DNA from: Lingula anatina
Taxonomy: Eukaryota; Animalia; Brachiopoda
Assembly: GCA_051362555.1 (NCBI GenBank)
Contig: CM120646.1
Location: forward strand, 11,160,001 to 11,224,000
Length of the DNA: 64,000 bases
Direction of reading: 5' to 3'
Positions 25,601-37,225 of this stretch are shown here, piece by piece. Each line of letters begins with the position of its first letter. Positions within the stretch are counted from its first letter, which is position 1. The position numbers and the translations under genes are program-made. Under the pieces are notes generated by a model. The model searched no databases, was not told where the DNA came from, and worked only from the letters and a program-made list of their open reading frames with translations.

Positions 25601-28600
25601 ACATTATCACATCAAAAGGCTTAGAGCCTGACCCGGAAAAGGTCAAAGCAATTAGGGAGATGAAAGCCCCGACTAATAAGAAAGAGTTAGAGACTTTTCT
25701 GGGTATGGTGACATACCTAGCTAAATTTGCTCCCAACCTTTCAGAGATTACCAGCCCCCTTCGCAAGTTACTTGCAAAAGACATGATTTTTCATTGGATC
25801 GATGAGCATGAGAAAGCTCTAAATGAAGTAAAAGAGGTAATCACAGCGGCCCCAAGTCCTACGTTAACGTATTTTGACCCCAGCCAGGTCACTACCTTAC
25901 AGACTGATGCCTCTAAGTATGGTTTAGGTGCTGCACTGTTGCAGGATGGAAAACCCATAGCTTATGCATCCAAAGCTCTCAATACATCAGAAATCAACTA
26001 TGCCCAAATAGAAAAAGAAATGTTTGGGATAGTTTTTGGGTGTAAGAGATTTCACCAATACGTTTATGGCCGTAAAGTAGTAGTGGAGACAGACCACAAA
26101 CCTTTAATTCCTATATTCAAGAAGCCCTTGAATACAGCCCCTCCACGCTTGCAGAGAATGCTGTTACAATTACAGCGATACGATCTGGAGGTAATTTACA
26201 AACCAGGTACACAGATACCGCTTGCAGACACATTGTCTCGCAATTTTGTAAAAGACACCTACCCAGAGCTCGCTAAAGGAATGGATGCACACGTACATGC
26301 AGTGCTCTCAAAAATTCCTATTAGTGATAGAAAGTTAGACGAAATTCGCCAAGAAACTGACCAAACTGAACAGTTTCAAACTTTGCGTAAAACCATTTTA
26401 AATGGTTGGCCTGTTAAAAGGAGTGATTGCCCCTCTGAGATTATAGAATTTTGGAATCACAGAGACGAATTGTCTTACATTGATGGCCTACTGCTCAAAG
26501 GTCAAAAGGTTATCGTACCCCAGAAACTAAGGGTGAAAATGCTGCATTCTATACACACAGGTCACAAAGGAATAGAGAAATGCCAAAAACGAGCCAGATC
26601 AGCAATTTTTTGGCCAGGCATGTCAGGTGACATTAATGATTTTGTTTCCAAGTGCCCCATTTGTCTCATGCAGAGAAATAACAACCCTAAACAACCTTTG
26701 CAGCCACACCCCATCCCTGATTACCCCTGGCAAACAGTTGCCACTGATTTGTTTACATGGGATGGAAAGGATTTTATAGTTGTAGTTGATTATTACAGTC
26801 GATACTTTGAGGTAGCTCAACTTACCTCTACTCAAAGTTATCAGGTAATCAGCAAGTTAAAGGTTATATTTGCTAGATTTGGAATCCCAGAAACTGTCAT
26901 TTCAGACAATGGTCCTCAGTACGCCTCTCAGGAGTTCACTGATTTCTCCAAGCAATATGATTTCAAACATGTGACCTCCAGCCCCAATTACCCTCAGTCC
27001 AACGGACTAGCTGAGAAATATGTCCAAATTGTAAAGAGACTGTTTGAAAAGTCAAAGTCTGATAAATCTGACCCTAATTTGGCCTTATTGGAATACAGGG
27101 TGTCCCCCCTTGACATCGGATACTCCCCAGCGCAGTTATTACAAGGACGGCAGTTGCGTTCTGTTTTACCTGCCACCAATCAACAGTTGTGTCCCCAGTT
27201 CATTGATCCTGGAAAGGTCAAACATAAGATAGATTCAAGTCGTCAAAAGCAGAAGAAATTTTATGACCATGGTTCCCGACCCCTTCCCCCTATAACTGTA
27301 GGTGAGTCAGTCAGATTTCAGCGAAATGACAAGTTATGGAAACCTGCCAATGTCATTGATAAGGTGAATGAAAATTCATTTGTTTTACAAGCTCCTAATG
27401 GTGGTATATATCGACGTAACAGGCGTCATATTCTCAAAACAAAAGAGCCCAATGTTCCTCATGACACTGACCCACAAGTGCCTATTTGCACTGAGAATCT
27501 GGTTAATAAATCCAGTGATCTTAAAATTCTAGCAGATCACCCAAAGCCTGCTGTAAATGCCCCAGTTAAGTCCCCAGTTAAAGTCAAATCAACCCCTCAG
27601 AAAGATGAATGTCATTCGCCCCAGCCCTATGTAACACGAGCTGGCAGAGTTTGCAAACAAAAAATTATAGAATCTATGTAATTTTTGCAAAGTGATATAT
27701 AAGACTTTAGAGGAAATTACCCTTGGACAAAAGGATATGAACTTAACTTTATCAAGAATTTTTTCAATGACAGTATATGTTCACTATTGGATACACATAT
27801 CTGACAGGCAGGACTAACAAGCACATATTGCCAGTGCAGGGATATTTCACCAAGACTATGACTGTTAACACCCAGGACATTTGATTGAAGAAAGGGAGAT
27901 GTAACATTATCTTCTTGTTTTTGGTAAATGTCATCAAAGTTCACAAGCTTCCATTAGTGGCATTCTTTGAATGACCCTTGGTCACCTACAGATTACACTT
28001 GATGACAGTTCTCAGCCATTGTTAAAGTAAACAGGTGTTCCTCATACTTTTTAATGTACATGTATATACAAGCCTAGCAGTTCACAATAAACTTTCGTAG
28101 AAGTCAGACGCATTGTTGTTGTCTCTCTCCTGAATAGAGTCCGGCACGTTGGACTCAGTAAAGAGCCATCATATTACATGCACCTCCAACCTTTATTAAA
28201 TCAAATTTTGGATATGCCAGTGTATATGTCATAGGAAGGATTGAAAACCAGCCAGAATTTAAATCCCCCTGAGAAACATAAATTTCAATTTTGCCCGCAA
28301 CATATACATTTCATAAACACCAAATCCAGATTTTTTCCAATGCATTTCCAATACACACCTAGCAATGTAGGATTCTTCTGTATCTGGTATATAGGTTGAG
28401 ATGGAGCATGTTCCCCTGCTAAAAGACTTGGGATATTATGTGTTGCAGTATTTGTAGATGTCACCAAGGGTCTGCTGTCTTCTCTTGCCTTCAACATCAC
28501 CACAGGCCTCGGCTGGTCTAGGCCTCTCGAGTTATCATTTATAGGCTGTAAACACATTGGTTCCATGCAATTAGACATTCTATAATTATATTCACAAGCA

Positions 28601-28895
28601 AATGACAATTTTTTATGTTGTTTAGCTTAACCATACTGTCATAAAATGGTTCTCCTTACAGTACGTGATAAAGTTGACAATGGGAACACGTAGACCACAA
28701 ACCTTTATCTAAATGGCAATCTGGAAACTCTACTAGTAACTGACAGGATGAGCCACACACTTTTTTCAGTAGAACAAGTAAGGCTTTTGATGCTAAACTA
28801 AAGATTATCAAGAACATAAAAAGCACACACAATCAATTAACTATTTGCTTTGCTTTGCTTTGCTTTGCTTTGCTTTGCTTTGCTTTGCTTTGCTT

Positions 28896-28938
<43 letters not shown>

Positions 28939-29482
28939 CCCAGCAAACATCTTTTACTCACCCTGTCAGCATTTGGCTTTGCTAATATGATGGGGGGTCT
29001 CATGATTCCCCCTGAGGCGGAGTTGGTAGAAGAGGCACTCACATCACGTTCACGTTCCTAGTCAGCAGTAAAATGAATGATAATATATTTAAACCAGATG
29101 TCTAATTACTGTATAAACAAATATCATTCATTGCTGAATGACTGGACTTTGGGAAATTTTCAAACACATACAGTAAACCTTGAATGCACTTTGCAATTTA
29201 TATTTTCTACATATATAATAATACATTTCTTGATTAAAATACTCATGTACTATGGCTATTATGATCATACATAAAATGAATACCCAGTCAAGGAACTGTT
29301 TTGATAAGATAGTCCTTTAGCCGACAAAATGACAAACTGAACTTATGCTTGAAACCACTCTATACTATGTTCTTGTGTTAACTTTTCATTAATTATTTAA
29401 AGGAGTGAGACAAAACGGAGCAAAACTACACCTTTCTTCCACCTCTTCTGCGTCGTCTTCTCGGACCTTCATCCGCCATCAT
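19452..29482 (-). CDS. SMG9: Nonsense-mediated mRNA decay factor SMG9, complete, 13 exons, about 452 aa
   Basis: Exons 29482-29432, 29057-28962, 28545-28359, 23101-23007, 22809-22697, 22395-22284, 22003-21908, 21592-21507, 21271-21177, 20766-20659, 20403-20296, 20048-19916, 19530-19452; phases consistent, 1359 nt. P-loop GVLGLQGAGKST, VLVVQDWFTD, LQTAEMLKP, and C-terminus WFHYANKAWESIKKSQFLSEYNRLLP. Confidence 0.93.
20933..20995. repeat. (TA)n microsatellite
   Basis: Direct reading of the sequence. Confidence 0.9.
22614..22687. repeat. (CA)n microsatellite
   Basis: Direct reading of the sequence; explains the spurious HTHT/CVCV ORFs here. Confidence 0.9.
23283..23561 (+). repeat. 5' LTR
   Basis: TGTAACAT...ATATTACA terminal inverted motif, AATAAA at 23469, followed directly by the PBS. 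Confidence 0.95.
23562..23576 (+). other. Primer-binding site complementary to the 3' end of tRNA-Leu
   Basis: TGGTGTCAGAAGTGG is the reverse complement of ...CCACUUCUGACACCA, the 3' end of eukaryotic tRNA-Leu(CAA/CAG type); tRNA identity is from recall. Confidence 0.8.
23638..27681 (+). CDS. Gag-Pol polyprotein, single ORF, about 1347 aa from the first ATG
   Basis: Two zinc knuckles (CDNCGYEHAKTDRC, CNNCKKFNHFAKKC); protease DTGS; RT (LDARSGYW, LPFGL, LVDD); RNase H (DASKYGLGA, YAQIEKE, TDHKPL); integrase HHCC and DDE (ATDLF, ISDNG, NGLAE). No stops or frameshifts. Confidence 0.95.
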   Translation: MELTGIPTPSMDWSASNLPEQWKKFHSLVELIFNGPLKEKEEKVKVTYLLLWIGDKGREIKSTWTNLDEPDKLQSYYDRFKAHVQPKLNPIFARFKFNNETQGASTVEQFITRLRTLAVDCAYTNAEEMIRDRIVFGTSSEKVREKLINEGDKLTFDKAVQIAQSYEYSMEQLKTMGKEVSSIKKQPPRTGNWRHVNRQKKQQKQDRHECDNCGYEHAKTDRCPAKGKQCNNCKKFNHFAKKCRKSIAKKHVNELQALPDQPDSDSDSDSQFIVDSIDTSEGLDQAFCHVEIGPTKINVKFKIDTGSQVNILPKHVFDSIGHVDDLEPPSQKLTAYNGHSLKNLGSANFTCQYKKKSIGLLFHVVDTESSPILGLKACMDLCLIKLVYACDVDADVKRELVGKRDSSKPSQNLNKSKFGKDQILYEYKDVFEGIGLFPGECVIHTDPDVIPVVHPPRKVPHALHEKLKNELERMEKLDVICKVTEPTEWVNSLVIVEKPESSSGKVRVCLDPKDLNRAILRPHYPPRTLEEVLPQLAGAQYFSKLDARSGYWTIKLSTESSYLTTFNTPFGRYRYLRLPFGLRSSQDEFQRRVDENFEGLDGVIALVDDIIVFGKNREQHDRNLRNVLQRSRECGIKLNREKMEIGVTKVKYFGHIITSKGLEPDPEKVKAIREMKAPTNKKELETFLGMVTYLAKFAPNLSEITSPLRKLLAKDMIFHWIDEHEKALNEVKEVITAAPSPTLTYFDPSQVTTLQTDASKYGLGAALLQDGKPIAYASKALNTSEINYAQIEKEMFGIVFGCKRFHQYVYGRKVVVETDHKPLIPIFKKPLNTAPPRLQRMLLQLQRYDLEVIYKPGTQIPLADTLSRNFVKDTYPELAKGMDAHVHAVLSKIPISDRKLDEIRQETDQTEQFQTLRKTILNGWPVKRSDCPSEIIEFWNHRDELSYIDGLLLKGQKVIVPQKLRVKMLHSIHTGHKGIEKCQKRARSAIFWPGMSGDINDFVSKCPICLMQRNNNPKQPLQPHPIPDYPWQTVATDLFTWDGKDFIVVVDYYSRYFEVAQLTSTQSYQVISKLKVIFARFGIPETVISDNGPQYASQEFTDFSKQYDFKHVTSSPNYPQSNGLAEKYVQIVKRLFEKSKSDKSDPNLALLEYRVSPLDIGYSPAQLLQGRQLRSVLPATNQQLCPQFIDPGKVKHKIDSSRQKQKKFYDHGSRPLPPITVGESVRFQRNDKLWKPANVIDKVNENSFVLQAPNGGIYRRNRRHILKTKEPNVPHDTDPQVPICTENLVNKSSDLKILADHPKPAVNAPVKSPVKVKSTPQKDECHSPQPYVTRAGRVCKQKIIESM
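27900..28178 (+). repeat. 3' LTR
   Basis: Identical to the 5' LTR; preceded by the PPT and followed by the TSD. Confidence 0.95.
28844..28936. repeat. Compound microsatellite (TTTGC)n(GA)n
   Basis: Direct reading of the sequence; SMG9 intron 2. Confidence 0.9.
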
Positions 29483-29530
29483 GCACATATAAAACTGGCT
29501 GAGGCCAGGAGACATATCATGTCAGGCTCC

Positions 29531-29560
29531 AAGATGGCCCCACAAGATTGCCGCCATCTT
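29531..29560. promoter_or_regulatory. Pair of inverted YY1-like motifs in the SMG9 promoter/5' UTR
   Basis: AAGATGGC (29531-29538) and GCCGCCATCTT (29550-29560), 50-80 bp upstream of the SMG9 ATG. YY1 sites are common at housekeeping-gene start sites. Confidence 0.45.
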
Positions 29561-32500
29561 AGGACAGAAAGTGTCATCTCAGAGCACAGCGGTTTAACGC
29601 CTTAATATTCCTTTCTGTGAAAATCTGGGCACGGATTACCTATGATATTAAACTTTCTTTCATTTCCTTTTTTTTGCACCGGTTTAGACACTATAGGTCA
29701 AATGCTTTAGAATAGTCCCTACCAATATTTTCTTTGCCAAACAAACCGCGAAATTATGTATCAAAAGCAGTCTGTGATGTTAGCAGTCCACTTAAAATGA
29801 ATTGAATACTTCTTAGTTTGTTCCAATGTATACTTTGAAAAAGATAATTTTCAATCCCTAGGGTATAATTTGAAAACAAAAATATGAAAATGGAAAAAGA
29901 GATACACCTTGACATCTTAACAAATATTTCAATGTTAAAGAAGACCTATAAATCACAATAAGAACGTGCACAATTTTCACCATATGTGCAGTGTGTGTAT
30001 ACTTGTGAGATTCACTAGAATTCAATATATATCCTTTGATATTTCACAATATGTTTCATTGTCTGTTGTAAATTAATTTCAGGGGACTATTTGACGAATG
30101 CTTTTGGAATTTAAAATCGTTTTAAAGGAAAGACAAAAATGCAAATGAATGGAGATATTCCCCCAAGAGGCTGATTATTACAGTACCGATTACAACAAAG
30201 ATTGTCTAGAAGCAGGTTACCAACGTACTACTTTTCTTAAATCAAATGAACTGGTACGCATAAAACAATAAGAATTTATTATAGTACACTTTCTACTACA
30301 CTTTTGTCCATAATTAAGATGCACAACCATATTGCAGAATACACAGGATATATATCGATGCATGCCGTCTGTACGTAAAAACAAATTATTTCATATTTCG
30401 AATGGCATTTGTTGTGTCACATTATAAATTCTTTATTTTCAAAAATTGCCCCTAGCTTTTGTTTATTATAATTTATCTTAACATTTTGACGAAAAATGTC
30501 TCTAAAACCATCTTTTTTTACAGTGTTAGATTTACGGTATTTAGGAAAACCTGCAAATTATAGGCTTAAAAATATTTGACATCTTATAAAATGATTGATA
30601 AAAATAATAAGAAAAAATAATAAAAACAATTTTTTGTCCATTTAGACACTTTTATTGAACACAAAACATCCACGAAATTGTCCATGAAATACAATATAAC
30701 AAAATGAAATTAATAAACGAGCCTTCTTAAGGCGTAAAAACACTACGTTCAGTTTATGCTAATTACCATAAATGTCTCCTTACATATGCTCTATTATTCG
30801 TTAGCTGTCAATTGCGCCGTGGTATGTATTATAGATTTGTATGCTACGCTCTCATTTTCTGCGCCATGATACAAGTTGAACAATAACATGTATGTACAAA
30901 AAGCTTAAGAAAATCTGATGAAAATTTGCATTTCCTACCAAAAGCATCAAAATTCTTCTATTAACGCAGGACAAAAACTAGAAATTAAGTGTCTTCAACT
31001 TCACTGATTATGGCATGAAATCAATTAAAATACCAAATTGCGTACGTCTCGCTCTGGAGGAGATGTTCCTATCTCAATTTTATAGTTTTTCACTTCTGAT
31101 AAAAAAGCTTATCAATAATAATATCCCATAATACTAATTTTACAGAGCAATGCTATAAGCTGATCAAATACCTACAATTACTTTTCAAATTCATGGAATT
31201 AAGACGCATTATACATATATGGTGAACATTCAAAACTAGAGTCAAAAATCTTCCCGACTGACATCTAACATTTAAAACAGTGTCCAGTTAACATTTAGTC
31301 ATATACATTTAAAACCTCGTCATTTGAATGTCTAAGCAACATGTGCAGTTTCACTCCTGTACGCTTGTGTAAATTGTCATTCCCCTTTTAAAATTTTATC
31401 CTACCAACTGTTACTGGTCAAAAATCCATTCACATTTCCCCCTGAGTGCGCAGTGTCAGAAAGTGAGCGAGCAAGGCTTAAGAATGGTAAAATGTGGGGC
31501 AAGTCGGTTTTAAAAAGTTCTTTTACATACCATCTCACATGTGGAGTAAAGAGAACAGTAGATAACTCCCTAACTAAAAGATATTACCTCAAATAATCAC
31601 TTACTGGCAAACTTTTATTACCAACCAACTGAAGGCAAAGGAGATTTTCATGGTAGAACAGATACACCAAGAGTTCACCATAACTCACTCACAATATTCA
31701 TCTTTATTTCACCTGCCTACACAAAAGCAAAATTGTGGAAACCAAAGGAGGTTAAAGTATGATTTAGATTCTATTAGATCTGTCATCAATTTTTTTTTTT
31801 TACTTTTCAGGATGGTTATAAGAAAAGCAGCCAGAAAAATGACCATTCATCAAGTAGGTTTTTTTTTAAAAAAAATTGCACCACAGATGTTCTGACAAAA
31901 TATGACAAAATCAGGACTGAACTCTTCCCTCCTTCCTAACTACTGACAATAAGATTAAAAAGAAAGTACCAATCCTCCAATGGCCTTGCTATTTGGCAAC
32001 ACACGGAAGAAATATTTACAATATTTTTAACAAAATGTCATGATCAAAAGCACTACTGTTGTAACATCTAATAAGAACCTTTCAAACCAACAAACGCTTT
32101 GTACATCAATAACATATAATCAATGACCGCAAAGTACGTACAATTACTGGTACAACGGTGGCACCAAAGGCCATGTTAATTCCATTACTGTCACCTTATA
32201 TACAATGAAACCTGATTTCGTTAAACTAATGAATAGATTACCAAAATATACTGTGCCAATCTTTGTTTTTACAAAGATATACTGTCAGAGCATTGCAAGA
32301 TTTTGTTCTTAAAAAAAAAAAAAAAATCTTTGGTCAAATTGAAAGGATTTACACATTATCTCATAGAACCAGTTGAAAGAAGCACAATTATTGGAAGATA
32401 CTACATGTAGGTCGCATTTCAAAAATGTACAAAGAGAGGGGTGACTTTTCAAAGTTAGGAGTTCATTGGCCATTTGCAAATTTGTACCAAAGTTTATATT

Positions 32501-32604
32501 TAAGTTGGGTTTCACAAAAATCTTAGGCCTGAAAGTTGGTAAAGAAACTGTAGTATTCTTCCAAAATTAAGAAACCATTGGTCAAAAAACATTAGCGATG
32601 TCTT

Positions 32605-32653
<49 letters not shown>

Positions 32654-34639
32654 TGCTCAATATTTCATTTTTTTAGGCTTCTTCTCATTGAACTTAGGAT
32701 AAAACAGACTGGTATCTTTGGTTGGAGAATTGAGACCAATTTTTAAATTTTTTTTTTCGTTTGAAGTTCGTTTATATGAAAGCGGCCCCTGAGACACCCA
32801 ATTAAGTCACTTCCACCCTCATAATGTCTCAAACTGATTTGAGTATTGACTGTGTCAGAGTCAGTTTAATGCATGGTGTGATATCACCAGTGAATTTCAT
32901 ACCGCATCACTGGACACAGCATGTGTAAGCCATAGTTGATTGCTTAGCAGCATGCTGCAAATGCATTGTGATATATTGCAATCATCCCTAGCCACCACGA
33001 TTGTACTACATACGCACCAAACTGAATCTGCACCAGTACAACCTATCTTAACTACGGGAAATGTGCTATGACATCCTATGTGACCTTGGCTTCGAGGTGG
33101 AACTAATCTACGTGTCTCTAGTCACTGCCTGAGGTAATGTAATCAACTAAGTACTAAAGTCATTGTAAAACACTAATAATTTTTATCTTCACTGCTCCAA
33201 TTTATGACAATGATGTCAAAATATGTAAGGGAAAATGCTAATACTTGTGAACTAAAACTTAAAATGTCATTACACTAATGTCCAACAATGAAAAAGCTGA
33301 CATAAATTGTATGTGTAAATCTCAACTAAAATTGTACACTTTGATGTAATATAGCTGTATAAAACATTCATGCTTAAGCATATGAGTAACACCAGTCAAG
33401 TACTTAATGACCATATATGGTGCTATTTTATATCAAACTGTCAAACACTTTTTTGACACAAAATATGTAAGTTGTTACAGTGAAATGAAAACTACATAAG
33501 CAGCCTTTGCTTATACTGAGTAAAATAAGTTTGTAAAATACATATGGAGAAGCAGGTCAAGCAGTTTGTTAATTATCATCATTCTTTCCAGCTATTTCAA
33601 AATACGTTACACTGCATAGGAAATAGAATGCTAACGGCACAGTCAGCACATATAACTTTCATATTAAAGTTGCGCCTGTCTAGCATAAAGCTTGGGTTTT
33701 GACTGAAGCCTACAGTTTTCTAGCCATAGCAAAACAGGACAGATCCACTTCTCAAGCTGATGGTCTCCCAAATTCAGTTCATTCTACAACTCAAATCACC
33801 ATTTTCACAATAATTACCAATGACTGGAAAATTTCAAATGTTCTTTAGAATATGTGGTTACCTGTCTAAACTAAAGCACTTGATACCAACAAAATTCTAT
33901 GCTAATGTTCTCATATTCTAAATAAAGAATATATTTCAAAAGGTACACTTATTACCCTAAAATGTAAATACCTGAATAAGATAACTCCTATTCTGATAGT
34001 GATGTCTTAAAATGTCAATTTACTGTGTTTACCCTGTCTTTTATTTTTAATCTTCTTTGGTTTGGCTAAATGAAAAATGGTGATTAAATATTTCAAAACC
34101 ATAAAGTCTGTGATGCCCTTATAAAAGCAACAAAAGATATAATTTTTTTTCAGTTTTGACACAAATTACCTTTTAGGCACCTTTCAAATCTATGTGTGAG
34201 TGTGTTGTCTATTTTAACAGAAATGTAGTAAGTAAAACTGTCATCATTGCCTTATCTAAAATAATTTCACCTTAAATGGGAATGTCACCAAATATTTAAA
34301 ATTTTAACAATATTTAAAAGAAAAATTGGATATATCTTTCCTTGTTTTCTTAATAAAATAGTACTTCCTCACTCAGCAAAACAAAGTATTCCAAGTTTTA
34401 GATGGGAGCCCTAGTCTCAAAATTGACTGCTTTTGTTCTGTTAAAATTGATTTCTGCTATAAAGAGTTAAAAATTGGTCCAGACATTAACATTTATATCA
34501 TTTCTGATCCTTCATCTTTTTCTTTCTTTTTGTAGTATCTGGAAGGATGGCAACGCATTTTTCCTTTTCTTCTTTTCCCATCACACACTTCCAGCAAAGT
34601 TCAATCAGCCACAAACTGATTGATTTCCATTTATTTCTC

Positions 34640-37187
34640 CTAAGCCTTTGATTCTTCATCAATCTTCTCTGCAGGTTTTTCATTGGGAGTCTCCTCTTTG
34701 AGTTCTACCTCCTCTGGGCTAGCGTCGGGCTAAAAAAATGTATGACAGTCTTATTGAAAAGTAACATAAACCGACAGACGTGTTTTGCAAAGGCAATATA
34801 TCCATATAAGCAGAGGTAGCACAGAAATAAGCAACTTCCTTTTTAAAAAGTTTTCAATAATCCTCTTGAAAAAACATTTTGACAAAGAAATCCACTGACA
34901 CAAGTAATCTAAGGATCTAAAGAATTATTTTAAAAGTTCATCATTTCAAAATACAATCAAGAAAGGGTTAACCAAATGTTCAAAGTGTACACATTACAGA
35001 GCAGGTAAGTGATAATATTTTCTACAAATATTAGAACATTTCCATATAACTGGAATTTAAAGTACATCAAGAGAACAACCAGCATATTTCATTTTACAGG
35101 ACATTTCTACTTCTTTCTTTCTACAGTCTATTCTTCTACGAATAAATGTCAATAAATTAAATATAAAAATATAACAAATAAAAGTTTTTACCTTCTTATC
35201 CTCTTGATCAGCTGTCTCCATGTCATCTTTAAGGTTTTGTTTCTCATCACTGCAAGACAATAAAAAAACCCATAGTATAATAAGCATGTATTTGTCAGTC
35301 AACACATTATTGAAATGTCTGTGGCAAGAATATGACAGAACCAATTGTTCCCTTCTTTTTTAAATGACAATCATGATTTAGTATGCATTTATTGATTTTA
35401 AAAAGATACGAATTAACTTGCTTTAAGCAACACCTTTGAAGTAGGCAGAAAAATAAATAAATGAAAATATACCAGGAGCAAATTTTACAAAACCAGTTGA
35501 AAAGGACATAAGAGCATATATTTAGATCTTTTTATTTTAATAATAATAATAATAAACATGCATTTTTCATAACAAGACTCCTTGGGAACTGCCATTTGAG
35601 GTGTATTTGCAGCAAAGTTATGACAGCCCAACTTAGTGCCATGCCATCCCAGCAGACAATAGGAAAATGTTTGATGACTCCATCGCCATCTATTGCTGGG
35701 ACAATATGACACTCATCATAGTGACAAAAAAGGGCGGATATAGAGATATTTTGACAGGCTTCCAAATTATCTTTGTTGATCCAGCCTCCATTTTTGACTG
35801 TCTTCCGACAGAAAAAATAAGACACCTGTCTATGTAAATTTGACGGTCTTCCGGAAAACCCAGAAGATGGCCTAAATCCGCCCCTGGACAATGTTGGTGA
35901 ACAGGGGCTAGATACACAAAGGAACTTAAGACTAATAGTTGGTCTGAACTTCAAGCCAGAATATTTCCAATTTCTTCAGGATAAATCTGTACTAGTATAT
36001 AAAATAACTGTTGGTTTGAAACAGTCATTTCTTTATGTACTACAACAGCAACACTATACCTTATTTAGGTGAACTACAACTAGTCTAGCTTGGTTCTAAG
36101 ACTTGGTTCTAGACCTTAATTTAAGACGAGCTTTTTTCCTGTGAAACAAGTGAGGCCTATTACAACCAAGGAATGAAATCAATTTCCTATGGTGAAAAAC
36201 CACCATTATTGTTGAGACATCCTATTCATACTAGTAAGTTAAGGCATCATAACTGAGCTGCAAACAGGCATTTAATTCGTGCTTTGTATATTGGAAAAGA
36301 ATTAAGAAAATAATCGCAGGCAAATGCTGTCATATGTACAGACAAGTTGCTGAAAAGAGATTCAATATCAAGAGCATCTGCTGTATGAGAAAAGTTTGCT
36401 CAACAAAAGAATACTCCAAGAGTAAAATACTGTCAAATTCAAGCCAAAATTCAAACTAATCAGCATAACTTAGAAAAAAATTGAATTGATAATCATCTTA
36501 GCCCCATAGATAATCAAAAAAGAAAAGGCAGCAACATCATTTATTACTGTAATTTTTTTTTTTCAACAGAAAGATGTACCATTCCAGCACAGACTTATAA
36601 ACATCTGTACATAAAAAACTCTGATCATGTCAAGCCGTAACAAAAAGATGCAGCATACATACTAATGCATTTTAAAACACATTCTCAACATGATTAAAAC
36701 ATGCCAAACCACTCATTCTATTAAAAAATAAATCAAAATTTAGAAATGAAAAGAAAACATCAAAAAATTTTAGAGTAAAAATCATCACATTCTGAAACTG
36801 AATGAAAAATGACATGATTAGCATTATGTTAACCATTCATTACATGCTGAAAAAAAAAGGGCACACAACGAATATGAGGAGATCAAAATATTCTGGAACG
36901 CTGAGTGTACATGTATACATAAAACACATAATTTACACAAAACAGTTACATCACACAGTACACACTAATGTTCAGGGAGAACTGGAGTAATTTAAACATG
37001 AGCTCCTTTTGAAAATATACAAATAATCAAATTAATAACACTTTCATAATCTTCATTCTAGGGTAGAACATGGGATAATCAAAGAAAGACTACTTCTGAA
37101 ATAAAAGTGTTTCAATTTGTCAGGGGAAAAATCAATAATGATTTGGTTTTATGGCATCTCTGAAACTAAAAATAATTTGAAAAAATG

Positions 37188-37225
<38 letters not shown>

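Larger units (their letters stand above)
23283..28178 (+). mobile_element. Full-length Ty3/Gypsy LTR retrotransposon (Mag-like lineage), antisense within SMG9 intron 3
   Basis: LTRs 23283-23561 and 27900-28178 (279 bp, TG...CA, identical by eye); TSD TGCAC (23278-23282, 28179-28183); PBS TGGTGTCAGAAGTGG at 23562; PPT GAAGAAAGGGAGA at 27887-27899; domain order PR-RT-RH-IN. Confidence 0.97.

Noticed and set aside
23940-27232. Short antisense and alternative-frame ORFs inside the retroelement
   Set aside because: Shadow ORFs of gag-pol with no recognisable motifs; there is no room for an env gene between the ORF end and the PPT.
29620-31550. CpG-containing intergenic stretch, possibly a transposon remnant
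   Set aside because: No TIR, TSD or coding similarity could be established by eye.
35485-35954. Overlapping 75-140 aa ORFs in an NCAM/Fas2 intron
   Set aside because: No domain resemblance and no phase-compatible splice sites; probably a repeat remnant.
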